From positions 240,001-272,000 of the forward strand of contig NZ_CP047931.1 in the NCBI RefSeq assembly GCF_014280175.1: a stretch of DNA of 32,000 bases, read 5' to 3'. The notes beneath the pieces were generated by a model. The model did no database searches. It worked only from the letters and a program-made list of their open reading frames with translations, and was not told the DNA's origin. The position numbers were made by a program, and so were the translations under genes. The DNA is from Synechococcus sp. A15-28 (GTDB taxonomy: Bacteria; Cyanobacteriota; Cyanobacteriia; PCC-6307; Cyanobiaceae). This document shows, one piece after another, positions 16,168-26,500 of this stretch. Within the stretch, counting starts at the first letter, position 1, and the number at the start of each line of letters is the position of its first letter.

Positions 16168-17627
16168 GCGGCCTCGGCGTAATGCTTTGCCCAGGCCAGC
16201 ACAGCGCCGACCCGATCGGCATCCGGGGCTTCGCAATACAGGCGCAAAAGGGGCTCCGTTCCCGAAAAGCGCAGCATCAGCCAATGGCTGGCGCCCATGC
16301 GCAGCTTGATGCCGTCCGTTGTGTTCACCTCAACCACCGCAGCCCCGGCAACCTCCTGGGGGGTGGAGCTCTCCAGCAGGGTCTCCAGGCGCCGCCGGGC
16401 CTCCATGTCCTGAAGCCGCAGGTCCAGCCGGTCGTAGTGGCTGGCACCACCGTGGTGCTGCTGCAGTGCGTCGAGGCGGCTGCCAAGGGGTTGGCCACCT
16501 TCCACCAGGGCTTCCAAGACAAGCATCGCGGCGAACAGGGCGTCCCGTTCCGGCAGGTGCATGCCGAAGCCCACCCCACCGGACTCTTCACCGCCGATCA
16601 GCACCTCACCCGCCAACATCTCGCTGGCGATGTACTTGAAGCCCACTGCCAGCTCGAGGACGTCACGGCCCTGGGCATCCGCCACCAGGCGCATCAGATC
16701 GGAACCGCTCACCGTTTTCACCACCGTTCCAGGCAGCTGGCGGGCCCTGGCGAGATGGTCGATCAGCAGGGGCATCAACAGCTGGGTGCTGCAGAATCGA
16801 CCGTTTTCATCCACCGCGGCGATGCGATCGCCATCACCGTCGAACACCAGTCCCACAGCAGGGGTGCCGGCAGCCGTGGACTGCTGCACCGCTGTGATCA
16901 GGTCGCTGAGATAAGGCGCCAGGGGTTCCGGCGGATGGCCGCCGAACAGGGGATCACGATTGGTGCGGATCTCTTCCACCAGCTCTGAGGCTTCAGGGCC
17001 GAGCAGATCGCTGACACAGCCCGCTGCCGATCCATGCATCGGATCGACGATCACCCGCAGGTTCATCGCTTTGAGACCTGTCACCAAAGCGGTGAGGTCT
17101 AATTTACGACGCAAGCCCTCCAGATGCTCGCCCCGGCCGTCAAAGCAGTGGCTGGTGGCTGCAATGGGTGCGGTGATGCCGCCAGCCGCCAGTCGCCGCT
17201 CCACCGCTGCGGTGAAATCCCCTTCCACCGATCCGCCAAAGGGCCCTTTGATCTTCAGGCCAAGCCATTCGGGGGGGTTGTGGCTGGCGGTGATCACCAA
17301 CGCTCCCAGGGCTTTCCGCTCCACCACAGCCCAGCTGCAGGCGGGCGTGGGAACGGGGGTGGAGGTGAGCAGTGGCTCCAGGTTGCAGCCACGCACGGCG
17401 CTGGCGATGGCTTCCGCCAGTTCCGGCGCCAGGAAGCGGCGATCGAAGCCGATCACCACAGTGCGGCTCCTCAGGCCCTCCGGTGCGCGATGGGTCAGTT
17501 CCTGTGCAGCGGCAGCTGCGACCGGCAGCAGCCGTTCCACGGTGATGTCCACGCCCAGCACGCCGCGCCAGCCGTCGGTGCCGAATTTGATCGGTGCAGG
17601 ACTGAGGCGGAGTGGTGATGACGCCAT
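16164..17627 (-). CDS. Alpha-D-phosphohexomutase (phosphoglucomutase/phosphomannomutase family)
   Basis: FGTDGWRG, active-site Ser loop ITASHNPPEWLGLK, Mg loop VFDGDGDRIAAVD and sugar loop GGEESGG. ATG at 17627. 487 aa. Confidence 0.88.
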   Translation of the reverse strand: MASSPLRLSPAPIKFGTDGWRGVLGVDITVERLLPVAAAAAQELTHRAPEGLRSRTVVIGFDRRFLAPELAEAIASAVRGCNLEPLLTSTPVPTPACSWAVVERKALGALVITASHNPPEWLGLKIKGPFGGSVEGDFTAAVERRLAAGGITAPIAATSHCFDGRGEHLEGLRRKLDLTALVTGLKAMNLRVIVDPMHGSAAGCVSDLLGPEASELVEEIRTNRDPLFGGHPPEPLAPYLSDLITAVQQSTAAGTPAVGLVFDGDGDRIAAVDENGRFCSTQLLMPLLIDHLARARQLPGTVVKTVSGSDLMRLVADAQGRDVLELAVGFKYIASEMLAGEVLIGGEESGGVGFGMHLPERDALFAAMLVLEALVEGGQPLGSRLDALQQHHGGASHYDRLDLRLQDMEARRRLETLLESSTPQEVAGAAVVEVNTTDGIKLRMGASHWLMLRFSGTEPLLRLYCEAPDADRVGAVLAWAKHYAEAA

Positions 17628-17680
17628 GGCCGTGCGGTCAATGCTGAGGATTTAGCAGCTGGCAGCCGTAAGGTCGGCCC

Positions 17681-19156
17681 ATGGGTGCCACCCCGCTTGC
17701 CGACAACGTTCTCACCGACCGTCTGCTGCGGAGCTGGCTGCGTTGCCGCCGCAAGGCCTGGCTCGATCGTTATGGGGATTCGTCCCTGCGTCAGTGGACG
17801 GCGCACCGCAATCTCCTGCTGGATGATCAGCAGCGCTGCTTCGTGGCGCTTCTGCCCCAGAAGCCTGGCCGAGGTGAGGCGGCCTGCGCTGCGGGGGCGG
17901 ATGGCGTTGTCGGCCTGCGATTGAAGGGTGAAGGACCCGGCGGAGAAGCCCTGGAAGCGCACCCGCCTCTGCTGCTGCGGGTGAAAGGCACCAGCCGTTG
18001 GGGACCTTTTGCATACCAGCCGGTGCTGGCGCGTCAGGGCCGTCGCATGACGCGGGAACACCAGCTGCCCCTGGCGCTGATGGCTCTGCTGCTGGAGCAG
18101 GAGCAGCAGGCGCCGGTGACCGAGATGCTTGTGGTCGGTGGCGGAGGCCGTCGTCTCGAGCGGGACCGTGTTGGTCTGTCCGCTGGACTCCGCAAGCAAC
18201 TGGGGGATGCGTTGCGCAAGCTGCGGCTGGATCTGCAGCGGCTGGAGCCGCCCGATCTGGCAGCGGACCGCCGCAAGTGCACTCTCTGCAGTTGGCGCCA
18301 GGTCTGCAACGGCGTCGCATCCCGAGAAGGTCACCTCAGCGAGGTGAGCGGCATCGGAGCCAAGCGTCGGGAGATGCTCCAGGAGCTCAATGTGCACGGT
18401 CTCGCTGATCTGGCGGCAGCCAACCCGGAGCAGTTGGCCACCGCGATGGAGCGCTTCGGTGAACAGCACGGCGATGTCGCCCGCAGCCTGGTGGCCCAGG
18501 CCCGCTGCCAGCGCAGTGGCCTGCCGGAACGGCTCAGCAGCACTCCGGCTCTGCCGGAACTGACATCGGCTCCGGGTGCGCTGCTTTACGACATCGAGTC
18601 CGACCCGGACGCCCGCCACGACTTCCTGCATGGCTTCTGGTGCCTGCCACGTGGCGGGGATGGAGGTTGGGATCCGGCAGCGGCGCGATATCAGCCCCTG
18701 CTGGTGTTGGCGGGCCATGGTGAGCCCCGCAGCTGGCAACGGATCGCTCGCTACATCGGGCGTTACAGCGACTGGCCGGTGCTTCATTACGGCGAAACCG
18801 AATCGCTGGCCCTGTTGCGGATGGCGCAGCGGCAAGGCGTCTCTGAGAGGCATCAGGCCCGGTTACGACGGCGCCTGGTGGATGTCCATGCCCGAATCCG
18901 CCAGCACTGGCGTTTACCTCTCAGCAGCTATGGCTTGAAGTCTGTGGCGGCCTGGCGTGGCTTTCAGTGGAGCCAGAGCGGTGTGGACGGTGCCCATGCC
19001 CTGCTCTGGTGGCGCCATTGGCAGGGGGAAGGACCCGATCGACGCGGCAGTTCCTATGCCCTGCGTTGGATTTTTCAGTACAACCGCGACGATTGCCGTG
19101 CTACGTGGGCCGTCGCCGACTGGCTTCGGCGTCAAGATCAGGAGGCTGGGGCCTGA
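17681..19156 (+). CDS. RecB-family (TM0106-type) putative nuclease: Cas4-like PD-(D/E)xK domain with a 4-Cys set, HhH, and a C-terminal RNase H-like exonuclease domain
   Basis: ATG at 17681. Cys22 (WLRCRRKAWL) plus C200-x2-C203-x5-C209 (RKCTLCSWRQVC) gives the Cas4/AddB-type arrangement. HhH-like SGIGAKRREMLQELNVHGLADL. The exonuclease-like C-terminal half has LLYDIESDP and HYGETE. Confidence 0.7.
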   Translation: MGATPLADNVLTDRLLRSWLRCRRKAWLDRYGDSSLRQWTAHRNLLLDDQQRCFVALLPQKPGRGEAACAAGADGVVGLRLKGEGPGGEALEAHPPLLLRVKGTSRWGPFAYQPVLARQGRRMTREHQLPLALMALLLEQEQQAPVTEMLVVGGGGRRLERDRVGLSAGLRKQLGDALRKLRLDLQRLEPPDLAADRRKCTLCSWRQVCNGVASREGHLSEVSGIGAKRREMLQELNVHGLADLAAANPEQLATAMERFGEQHGDVARSLVAQARCQRSGLPERLSSTPALPELTSAPGALLYDIESDPDARHDFLHGFWCLPRGGDGGWDPAAARYQPLLVLAGHGEPRSWQRIARYIGRYSDWPVLHYGETESLALLRMAQRQGVSERHQARLRRRLVDVHARIRQHWRLPLSSYGLKSVAAWRGFQWSQSGVDGAHALLWWRHWQGEGPDRRGSSYALRWIFQYNRDDCRATWAVADWLRRQDQEAGA

Positions 19157-19935
19157 AAGGCCGCTGGTGTCGCCAGAATCACAGCTTGATCGGCCGGCCC
19201 CTGCAAGGACGGAAGATCAAGGAACTGCCGACGCACCAGAGCCAGCCCCAGCGTGCCTTCGGGAGTGTTGAGGGCACTGGTGATGGTGCCGGCACGATCG
19301 GAGCCAACCTTGAGCTGATCGCCGGGTTGCAGGGGCTGGTCGCTGCGCCAGCAGCGCAGCTGTTGCTTCACACCTCCCTTGCCGGTGAGCTTGGCCATGG
19401 TCTCCTGACCCAGGTAGCAGCCTTTGTCGAGGCTGATGCGGTTGGTGAGACCCAACTCCAGGGGGTTCGTCTCACCATTCATTTCTTCCGGACCGGGTGG
19501 AAAGCCCTGTTGGAGGCGATGGCGTTCGAGAGCATCGTTCTCCAGGCGGAGGGATCCATGCAGTTCCTCAGGTAACGGCTGGTCGTCGCCGACCCAGAAC
19601 GCCGGACCGGCAGGATCAAGGCCCTGCAGGCGCCGCTGAAGACTGGACGTGCCCAGCCGGACCCGATCGGCGGGAAAGATCACCTGATCGAAGCCGCGGC
19701 GGACGGCCTCTGCATCTCCCGCCAGCACGAGGACATCGGCACCTGTGGCGTCAAGTCGGAGCTCCAGCAGAGCCCGAAGCCGCCCCGTTGCCGTGAGCCA
19801 GCAGCTCTGCTGCAGGACTCCTGCCATCAGGCCTGAGAGATCAGCGGTGGTCTGCCCCTGCAGAAAGTCCTTGGCACCCATGCCCTCCAGCCGCAGCAGA
19901 GGAAAGGTTTGGTCCCAGTGGATGGTGGTCGTCAT
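19138..19935 (-). CDS. ygfZ: Folate-binding YgfZ/GcvT-like protein (Fe-S cluster maintenance family)
   Basis: Signature LDKGCYLGQE and an aminomethyltransferase-like fold length of 265 aa. Its ATG at 19935 overlaps the pyrE stop by 1 nt (TGATG). Confidence 0.75.
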   Translation of the reverse strand: MTTTIHWDQTFPLLRLEGMGAKDFLQGQTTADLSGLMAGVLQQSCWLTATGRLRALLELRLDATGADVLVLAGDAEAVRRGFDQVIFPADRVRLGTSSLQRRLQGLDPAGPAFWVGDDQPLPEELHGSLRLENDALERHRLQQGFPPGPEEMNGETNPLELGLTNRISLDKGCYLGQETMAKLTGKGGVKQQLRCWRSDQPLQPGDQLKVGSDRAGTITSALNTPEGTLGLALVRRQFLDLPSLQGPADQAVILATPAAFQAPAS

Positions 19936-20516
19936 CAGCTGAGCTCCCGGGCGCAGTTGGACACCTCCGTCAGACGGAACAGGCTCACCAGGTCCAGGCC
20001 TGCCGCTGCCATGGCTTTGGCTCCTCCCTCTTCGCGGTCCACGATCGTGATCACTCTGTTGACCACATAGCCGGCTTCCTGCAGTTGATGCACGGCTTTC
20101 AGGGACGAGCCACCGGTGGTGACCACGTCCTCCAGCACAGTGATCAGAGCACCCTTCTGCGGCAAAGGACCCTCGAGCCAGGCGCCGGTGCCATGACCCT
20201 TGGCCTGTTTCCGCACGATCAAGGCATCCAGTGATCGATTCGCCAGGGCCGCCGCCATCGCGACACCACTGACAAGCGGGTCGGCACCGAGGGTCAGTCC
20301 TGCCACAGCAACCGCCTGAGCATCGACGTGATCAAGCATGGCTCTGCTGATCAGAGCCAGACCGGATCCGCTCAAGCTCACCGGTTTGCAATTCACGTAG
20401 TGCTCGCTCTCCCGTCCTGAGGCCAGCGTGAATTGACCATGGCGGTATGCCACCCGTGCCAGTCGCTCCAACAGACTGCGTCGGGCGTCGTCGTCGAAGC
20501 GGAACGCTGAGGTCAT
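19935..20516 (-). CDS. pyrE: Orotate phosphoribosyltransferase
   Basis: PRPP-binding loop [11 protein letters not shown], and [19 protein letters not shown] at 20516 (MTSAFRF) or ATG at 20540. Confidence 0.9.
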   Translation of the reverse strand: MTSAFRFDDDARRSLLERLARVAYRHGQFTLASGRESEHYVNCKPVSLSGSGLALISRAMLDHVDAQAVAVAGLTLGADPLVSGVAMAAALANRSLDALIVRKQAKGHGTGAWLEGPLPQKGALITVLEDVVTTGGSSLKAVHQLQEAGYVVNRVITIVDREEGGAKAMAAAGLDLVSLFRLTEVSNCARELS

Positions 20517-20571
20517 GGGACTGGCCGCACACACGAACATTCCTTAGTTTGCGATTAGCGGTGCTGAGCTC

Positions 20572-21111
20572 TTGAGATCCAGAACCCTGTGGTCTGCCCG
20601 TTGGCTGCTGGGCCTGGCTGTGGCCGGTGTTTCAACCGTGTTAGGCCCTATGGCTGCAGGCCCTGTGGTCTGCACGACAACGCTTGAAGCGCCAGACCTG
20701 TCGTCAGAGGTGATGGAGCCGGTTGAGGTCACCACATGTGCCCCGGTGGAGACCACCAGTGAGCTGGTGCAGCGTCGCCTCTACACCTGGACCGCTCCCT
20801 ACGAACGCGGCGTTGATCTGGTGCATCAGATCTCCGATCTGTTCGGGATTGCGGTGGCGGGTGATGGCGGTACCCGGGTCATGGGTCTGGGATTCCCGGA
20901 TCAGACCATCATCTGGGACGCCGCTGCCAGCAGCTCCACCACCCGGGCGCTGCTCGAGGAGCAAACCCCCGCACGCCCCTTGAGAACACGAGATCTGACC
21001 AACGGTTTCAACAGCAGCCTTGCCTTGAAGAGCGTTGATCTCGACCAGACCATGGATCCCGATCCGGTGTTTGCTGAACCTGATCTCGCGCCGCTGCAAC
21101 CCCTGTGGTAA
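20572..21111 (+). CDS. Hypothetical secreted protein
   Basis: TTG start at 20572 gives a signal-peptide-like N-terminus (RSRTLWSARWLLGLAVAGVSTVLG). There are two Cys in the mature part. I recognise no family, and the start is uncertain. Confidence 0.45.
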   Translation: MRSRTLWSARWLLGLAVAGVSTVLGPMAAGPVVCTTTLEAPDLSSEVMEPVEVTTCAPVETTSELVQRRLYTWTAPYERGVDLVHQISDLFGIAVAGDGGTRVMGLGFPDQTIIWDAAASSSTTRALLEEQTPARPLRTRDLTNGFNSSLALKSVDLDQTMDPDPVFAEPDLAPLQPLW

Positions 21112-21126
21112 CAATCGTGATGTTCA

Positions 21127-21199
21127 GGGGGTCTAGCAATCTGGTGAATGCAGCGAACTCATAATTCGCCTAAGGCGAGTTCGATCCTCGCGACCCCCA
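21127..21199 (+). tRNA. tRNA with anticodon CAT: elongator type, either Met or lysidine-dependent Ile2, not the initiator
   Basis: Manual cloverleaf: acceptor GGGGGTC/GACCCCC, discriminator A73, and D arm GCAA-TCTGGTGA-ATGC with a 13:22 mismatch. Anticodon arm GCGAA-CTCATAA-TTCGC, variable loop CTAAG, and T arm GCGAG-TTCGATC-CTCGC. G1-C72 is paired and the anticodon stem lacks the three G-C pairs of an initiator. CCA is not encoded. Confidence 0.85.
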
Positions 21200-21212
21200 T
21201 TCCCTTCGATTG

Positions 21213-22496
21213 ATGCGGCTGCCACTGCTGGCCCTGCTTCTGCTGTTGCCGGCTTTCTTCGCCGCGGCAGAGGTTTCCCTCCTGCGACTGCGACCCAGTC
21301 GTGTTGATGTGCTGGTGGAGGAGGGCAAGGCCGGAGCGGCCTCCATTCATCGGTTGCAGCGTCGCCTGCGCCGTGCCCTGATGCTCTCTCAGTTCGGAGC
21401 GACGTTGGCCCTCGTGGCTCTGGGCTGGGCAGGTCGCGGGCTGGGATTGCGGCTTTGGCCTGACGGGACCGAAGGGGTGGTCTGGCTGGATACCAGCCTG
21501 TTCCTGGGGCTGGTGCTGTCAGCAACCCTTTTGGCTGGATTGCTGCCCAAGGCCTGGGTGCTGAGTCGGCCGGAACCTGCCGCTCTGCGCCTGGCTCCCC
21601 TGCTGGAGATGGCGATGCGTTGTCTGTCGCCGCTGCTCAACCTGCTCGAGGGTCTTGCGGCCGTCTTGCTGCGGTTGGTGGGCTTGACGCCGAAATGGGA
21701 TGAACTGGTGCCTGCCCTCTCCGCCGGAGAGCTGGAAACCCTGGTGGAATCCGGACGTGTCACGGGTCTTTTCCCTGATGAACGCAGCATCCTCGAGGGT
21801 GTGTTTGCGTTGCGCGATACGCAGGTCAGGGAAGTGATGGTGCCCAGGTCCGGGATGGTGACGCTGTCTGTCGATGTCCGCTTCGCCGAGATGATGGAAG
21901 CCGTCCATCACACACGCCACGCTCGATTCCCGGTGATCGGGCAGTCCCTCGATGACGTGCGCGGTGTGTTGGATCTGCGGAGGATGGCTGAACCGATTGC
22001 CCGGGGAGAGCTGCGGGCTGATTCACTCTTGGAGCCCTATCTCCAGCCGGCTGTACGGGTGCTGGAGACCAGCACCCTGGCGGAGCTGCTACCGATGATC
22101 CGCAGTGGTCAGCCGCTGTTGCTGGTGGTGGATGAACACGGCGGCACGGAGGGCCTCGTAACAGCTGCGGATCTCAACGGAGAAATCGTTGGAGATGACC
22201 TCCAGGAGGACACCAAAGAGCCTGAGCTGCAGGAGGATGAGGATCAGCCTGGGGCTTGGCTGGCGGCCGGTGATCTTGAAATCTTTGAACTGAACCGGCA
22301 GTTGGAACTGGACTTGCCGGAAGCCGATGATCACCACACCCTGGCCGGGTTCCTGCTGGAACGCCTGCAACACATTCCCTCCCCTGGGGAAGCTCTGCGT
22401 TTCAACGGCTTGCAGTTTGAGATCACCGCCATGGCTGGGCCTCGGATAGAACGCGTCCGACTGGTCCTTCCGGATGCGTCCGAAGAAGAGGGCTGA
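21213..22496 (+). CDS. CNNM/DUF21 transmembrane domain + CBS pair + CorC/HlyC domain protein (TlyC/CorC-family putative divalent-cation efflux protein)
   Basis: ATG at 21213 (the track start 21210 is TTG). N-terminal TM region with AEVSLLRLRPSRV, a CBS region with VMVPRS, DEHGGTEGLVTAADL, and a C-terminal transporter-associated domain. It starts 13 nt after the tRNA. Confidence 0.8.
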   Translation: MRLPLLALLLLLPAFFAAAEVSLLRLRPSRVDVLVEEGKAGAASIHRLQRRLRRALMLSQFGATLALVALGWAGRGLGLRLWPDGTEGVVWLDTSLFLGLVLSATLLAGLLPKAWVLSRPEPAALRLAPLLEMAMRCLSPLLNLLEGLAAVLLRLVGLTPKWDELVPALSAGELETLVESGRVTGLFPDERSILEGVFALRDTQVREVMVPRSGMVTLSVDVRFAEMMEAVHHTRHARFPVIGQSLDDVRGVLDLRRMAEPIARGELRADSLLEPYLQPAVRVLETSTLAELLPMIRSGQPLLLVVDEHGGTEGLVTAADLNGEIVGDDLQEDTKEPELQEDEDQPGAWLAAGDLEIFELNRQLELDLPEADDHHTLAGFLLERLQHIPSPGEALRFNGLQFEITAMAGPRIERVRLVLPDASEEEG

Positions 22497-22533
22497 AGCC
22501 AGATAACCTGCCTCCAATCACCCCGGTCTGTCG

Positions 22534-23541
22534 ATGTCTGCCGACCCCATGCGTCCGGTCAAGGTCGGGGTCATCGGCATTGGAAACATGGGTTGGCACC
22601 ACGCCAGGGTGCTGAGTCTGCTGAAAGACGCCGAACTTGTCGGTGTGGCGGATCTCGATGGCGATCGCGGTGCCTTGGCGGTGGAGCAATTCGGCTGCCG
22701 CTGGTTCGCTGACTACCGCACGATGCTCAGCGAGGTGGAAGCGGTTTGCATTGCCGTGCCCACCCTGCTGCATCACCCCGTTGGTCTGGCCTGCCTCGAG
22801 GCGGGGTTGCATGTGTTGATCGAAAAGCCGATCGCCGCCAGCCAGGACGAGGCCACCGCACTGATCGAAGCGGCCAGCGAGGCGGGCCGTCTGCTGCAGG
22901 TGGGTCATATCGAGAGGTTCAACCCCGCCTTTCGTGAACTCACCAAGGTGGTGGCCAATGAGGAGGTGGTGGTGCTCGAGGGGCGTCGCCACAGCCCCCA
23001 CTCCGATCGGGCCAACGATGTGTCGGTGGTGCTGGATCTGATGATCCATGACATCGATCTCGTGCTGGAACTGGCGAAGGCACCGGTGGTGCGGCTTGCC
23101 GCCGCCGGTGGTCGCAGTGCCGAGGGCCCGATCGATTACGTCAATGCTACCCTGGGTTTCGAGAACGGTGTAGTGGCCAGCCTCACGGCCAGCAAGATGA
23201 GCCACCGCAAAATCCGCAGCCTGAGTGCCCACTGCCGTTCCAGCTTGGTGGAGACCGATTTTCTCAATCACACTCTGCACATCCATCGGCGCGCCCATGA
23301 GTGGTATTCCGCCGACCACGGTGAGCTGCTTTATCGCAATGACGGCTTCATTGAAGAGGTGAGCACCACCTCGATTGAACCGCTCTACGCCGAGCTGGAG
23401 CACTTCCTGCAGTGCGTGCGCGGCCGGGAAACCCCTGCCGTGGATGGTCTGCAGGCCTCGCGAGCGCTGAGGCTGGCGGACCTGATCGAGCAGGCGGTAG
23501 AGCATCCGGATACCGGTGCGCCCCTGCTGGCACCGATCTGA
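22534..23541 (+). CDS. Gfo/Idh/MocA-family NAD(P)-dependent oxidoreductase
   Basis: N-terminal Rossmann VGVIGIGNMGWHHARVL and the family motif VLIEKPIA. 335 aa. Substrate unknown. Confidence 0.8.
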   Translation: MSADPMRPVKVGVIGIGNMGWHHARVLSLLKDAELVGVADLDGDRGALAVEQFGCRWFADYRTMLSEVEAVCIAVPTLLHHPVGLACLEAGLHVLIEKPIAASQDEATALIEAASEAGRLLQVGHIERFNPAFRELTKVVANEEVVVLEGRRHSPHSDRANDVSVVLDLMIHDIDLVLELAKAPVVRLAAAGGRSAEGPIDYVNATLGFENGVVASLTASKMSHRKIRSLSAHCRSSLVETDFLNHTLHIHRRAHEWYSADHGELLYRNDGFIEEVSTTSIEPLYAELEHFLQCVRGRETPAVDGLQASRALRLADLIEQAVEHPDTGAPLLAPI

Positions 23542-23556
23542 TCACCCCGACGCGGA

Positions 23557-26500
23557 TCAGACCAGCCCTTCCTGTTCGGCCAGTTCCCGCAATGCCGCCA
23601 CCTGCCAACGGCGGCACTCAATGGGTGATGCCTTATAGAACTGCGTCCAGGCTCGGGCCTTGTGCTGGCTGTAGCTCGATGCGGTCAAGGCGGGATGGGT
23701 TTGTTGCCAGCCCACTCGCACGGCGTGGCCGATCACCACATCCAAGGCCAGATCGTCGTCGAACTGCACCTCGGGATTGGCTTCCACGAAAGCCATCAAG
23801 GACAAAAGGCACTCCGTGCAGAGCTGCCGGTACTCGGGCGCCTGGATGCGACTGAGCAGGTGCTCCACCAATGTGGCGAAGTTCTTTTCCCCCGCTGTCT
23901 TCTCGAGGATCAGGCGGCTGTTCAGTCGATTGCGGCGTTCCAGCTTGTCGCCGATCACAAGGCCGCGGCAGTGCTGCAGCAGCGACCAGATGCCGGCATA
24001 GAAATCTCTGGGCACCTTCTGCAGAGACCCCAGGCGGATGCGGTGCTGAAGCCAGTCGCCACCGCTGGGGGGCTGGTCGAGGGGATCCGGCACCCTCCAC
24101 TGCACTCGGCCGGTGACATGCAGCTGCTCTCCGCGCTGCAGTGCCGCCCGGGCGTGCTCAACATCGCTGAGCAGTTGCCTGAGCCGATCCCGGATCAGAT
24201 GCGGTGAGCTGCTGCATAACGCTTCAAAGGCCTCGTCCTGGCTGAGCTGCTGCTCCGCCGCCAGTTCAGAGGTGAGCAGCAGCAGCAGTTGGCTGAGTTG
24301 CAGGGTGAGGATCCCTTTCAGCAATCCGGGATCGCGCCGGGCCACGCCGTCCAGGGCCAGCAGCAGCTCCTGTTCCAGCATCCGCTCGCGGCCATCCACC
24401 CCGCTGGTCCGTGCAATCCGTTCGGCGATGGCGCTGCTGTCCAGCGGATGGCTGAGCCGTGCATCGGCGCTGTAGTTCCGGCCCACGACCACTTGTTTCT
24501 GACGCACCAACAGATCGGTCAGGGCGTCTTCCAGCTGAGGATGGACCATGCCCATCGCACCGGCGCAGCGCCGCACCACACTCCAGTCCTGGCAGCGCAG
24601 TCCGCGGTGATACACCTCCTCGAGCAATTGTTGAATCGTCACGCTGCGGCCCTGCGGACTGGTCTCGATGGCGCTGGCTCCGAAGCGTCGTTGCAATAGA
24701 TCGAGAACGTCGGCCTGTTCATGCAGGGACTGGGTGTCCCACAACCGTGTCCGCAGAACGTCAGCATCGGTTTCATCGAGCTCCTGTTCTTCGGCGGCGG
24801 TGAGATCGCGCAGGTCGGTGGCCTCCTGGAGCAGATCGGATCGCTTCCGCTCGAGGGCCGACGGGTTGTTGTCATCGTCGGCGTACCCCTCTCGCAAGGG
24901 CACCCAACGGGCCTGCCTGGCCAGCTGACTCAGCCGGTCGAACTGCACAGGAATCTCCCCGATACGACCCGTGAGCAGCGTTTGTCCCAGCTGCAGGAAC
25001 ACCTCGGGGTGATGCTGGAACGATTCAGCGTTGATGGGAATCAGCAGCAGTGGGAGCCCAGGGCCTCGCCAGTGCCGCCTCAGCAGATGGAGTTCATCCA
25101 CCACGCTGTCCTCCAGCTGAAGTGGATCGTCGGCCAGATAGCTGATGCTGTCTTCCAGCACCGCCGCCGTGAAGGCCAGGGTCTGTTCCCCCTGGCGGTA
25201 GAGCCGTGCCGAGTCCTCGGTTTCAATGCGCTGCAGGGGTTTGCCACTCAAGCCGAGCCTCGCGTTGGCCCCGATGCAGCACCATTGGGCTGCCAGAGCA
25301 TCCGAGGGCTGGATGGTGATCTCGTCACCCCTGTCCAGCGGCAGTCCGGCATCGATCAGAGCCTGTCGAACGGAGGCCGTTTCGGCTGCAAAAGCCACGA
25401 GCACCGCATCAGTTCCGAGCCCCTGGGCGTTTCGCCGTTCGCAGGGATCGAGATCCTCAGGGGTGATCAATCCCTCCAGCAGCATTTCGCCAAGCCAGGC
25501 CAGACTTTGGGTCCAGATCAGCGGAAGATTGCTGTTGGCCTGACGAGGTTGGCTGCCTGGCCTGCTCCGTTCCGCCTCGACCCGGTCGGCGGCCACTTGA
25601 TACAGCTCGGGATAGAGCGCTTCCCCATCCCGATGCACGGCCAGGGCTGTTAGTTTGTTCTGCCAGGTGCGGGCGTCCTGCCAGCGTTCCTCGCAGCAGG
25701 CGGTCACCAGTTCAAAAGCCAGAAACAGGGGCCACTCCGATTCAATCCCTTCGAACTGGGCCAGCTCCTCCGGTTCGTAGTGGAGACGATTGACGTCTTC
25801 CACGGCGGTCTGATGGCCGTCCCGAAGAAAACGCTTGTAGCCATAGGCGCCGCCCAGTTCCCGTCGCACCCGTCGCAGAGTTCGCTGCACCAGGTCCCGG
25901 TCCTCGATGGCCCAGGCCGGGAAGCCCACCACGGACAGGCAGGCGCTGTCGGCTTCCTTGCTGGAGGATTCCCGCGGCAGCAGGCTCTCCAGGGCCCGCC
26001 GCAGACGGACCACAGCCCCCTGGGGAATCAGCAGCTGGCACGACCCATCGCCATGGACCCCGAATAGGTCCAGGTCCTCCAGGGCTTCCAGGGCGGCCTT
26101 CGCCATGCCGATGGAGCTGGAATTGCGCTCCGGCTTGCCGTTGTTTCCCTTGTCACCCCGTTCCCAGATGCCGTAGTCGGGGGTCCGATACGCCCGGGCG
26201 ACGTAATACACCAGGTTCTGGATGAAATCCACCTCATCCCGGCTCTGGATCACCGTGCAGCCACCGCGGGTGAGTTGAGCCAGCTGCAGCAGAAAGAGAG
26301 AGGTGGCATCGAGCTGGAGATGTCCCCATGCGTCATCTGCCACCACCGGATCACCGCTGCTGCTGTCGTATTTCGCGTGCAGAGCGTCGAGGGGGTCGAG
26401 GCTGACCTTGAAGCGCTCCACTTTGTTGGCCTGCCGCAGCATGGCCCGCAGCAATCCCCGCATCAGGGCGATCACCCGTTGCTCCAGCTCCCAGGCCCGC

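Noticed and set aside
22661-22668. HIP1-type octamer GCGATCGC, also near 16823 and 29094.
   Set aside because: I spotted only about three copies in 32 kb, close to chance for this GC content. This is not the strong HIP1 enrichment of some freshwater cyanobacteria.
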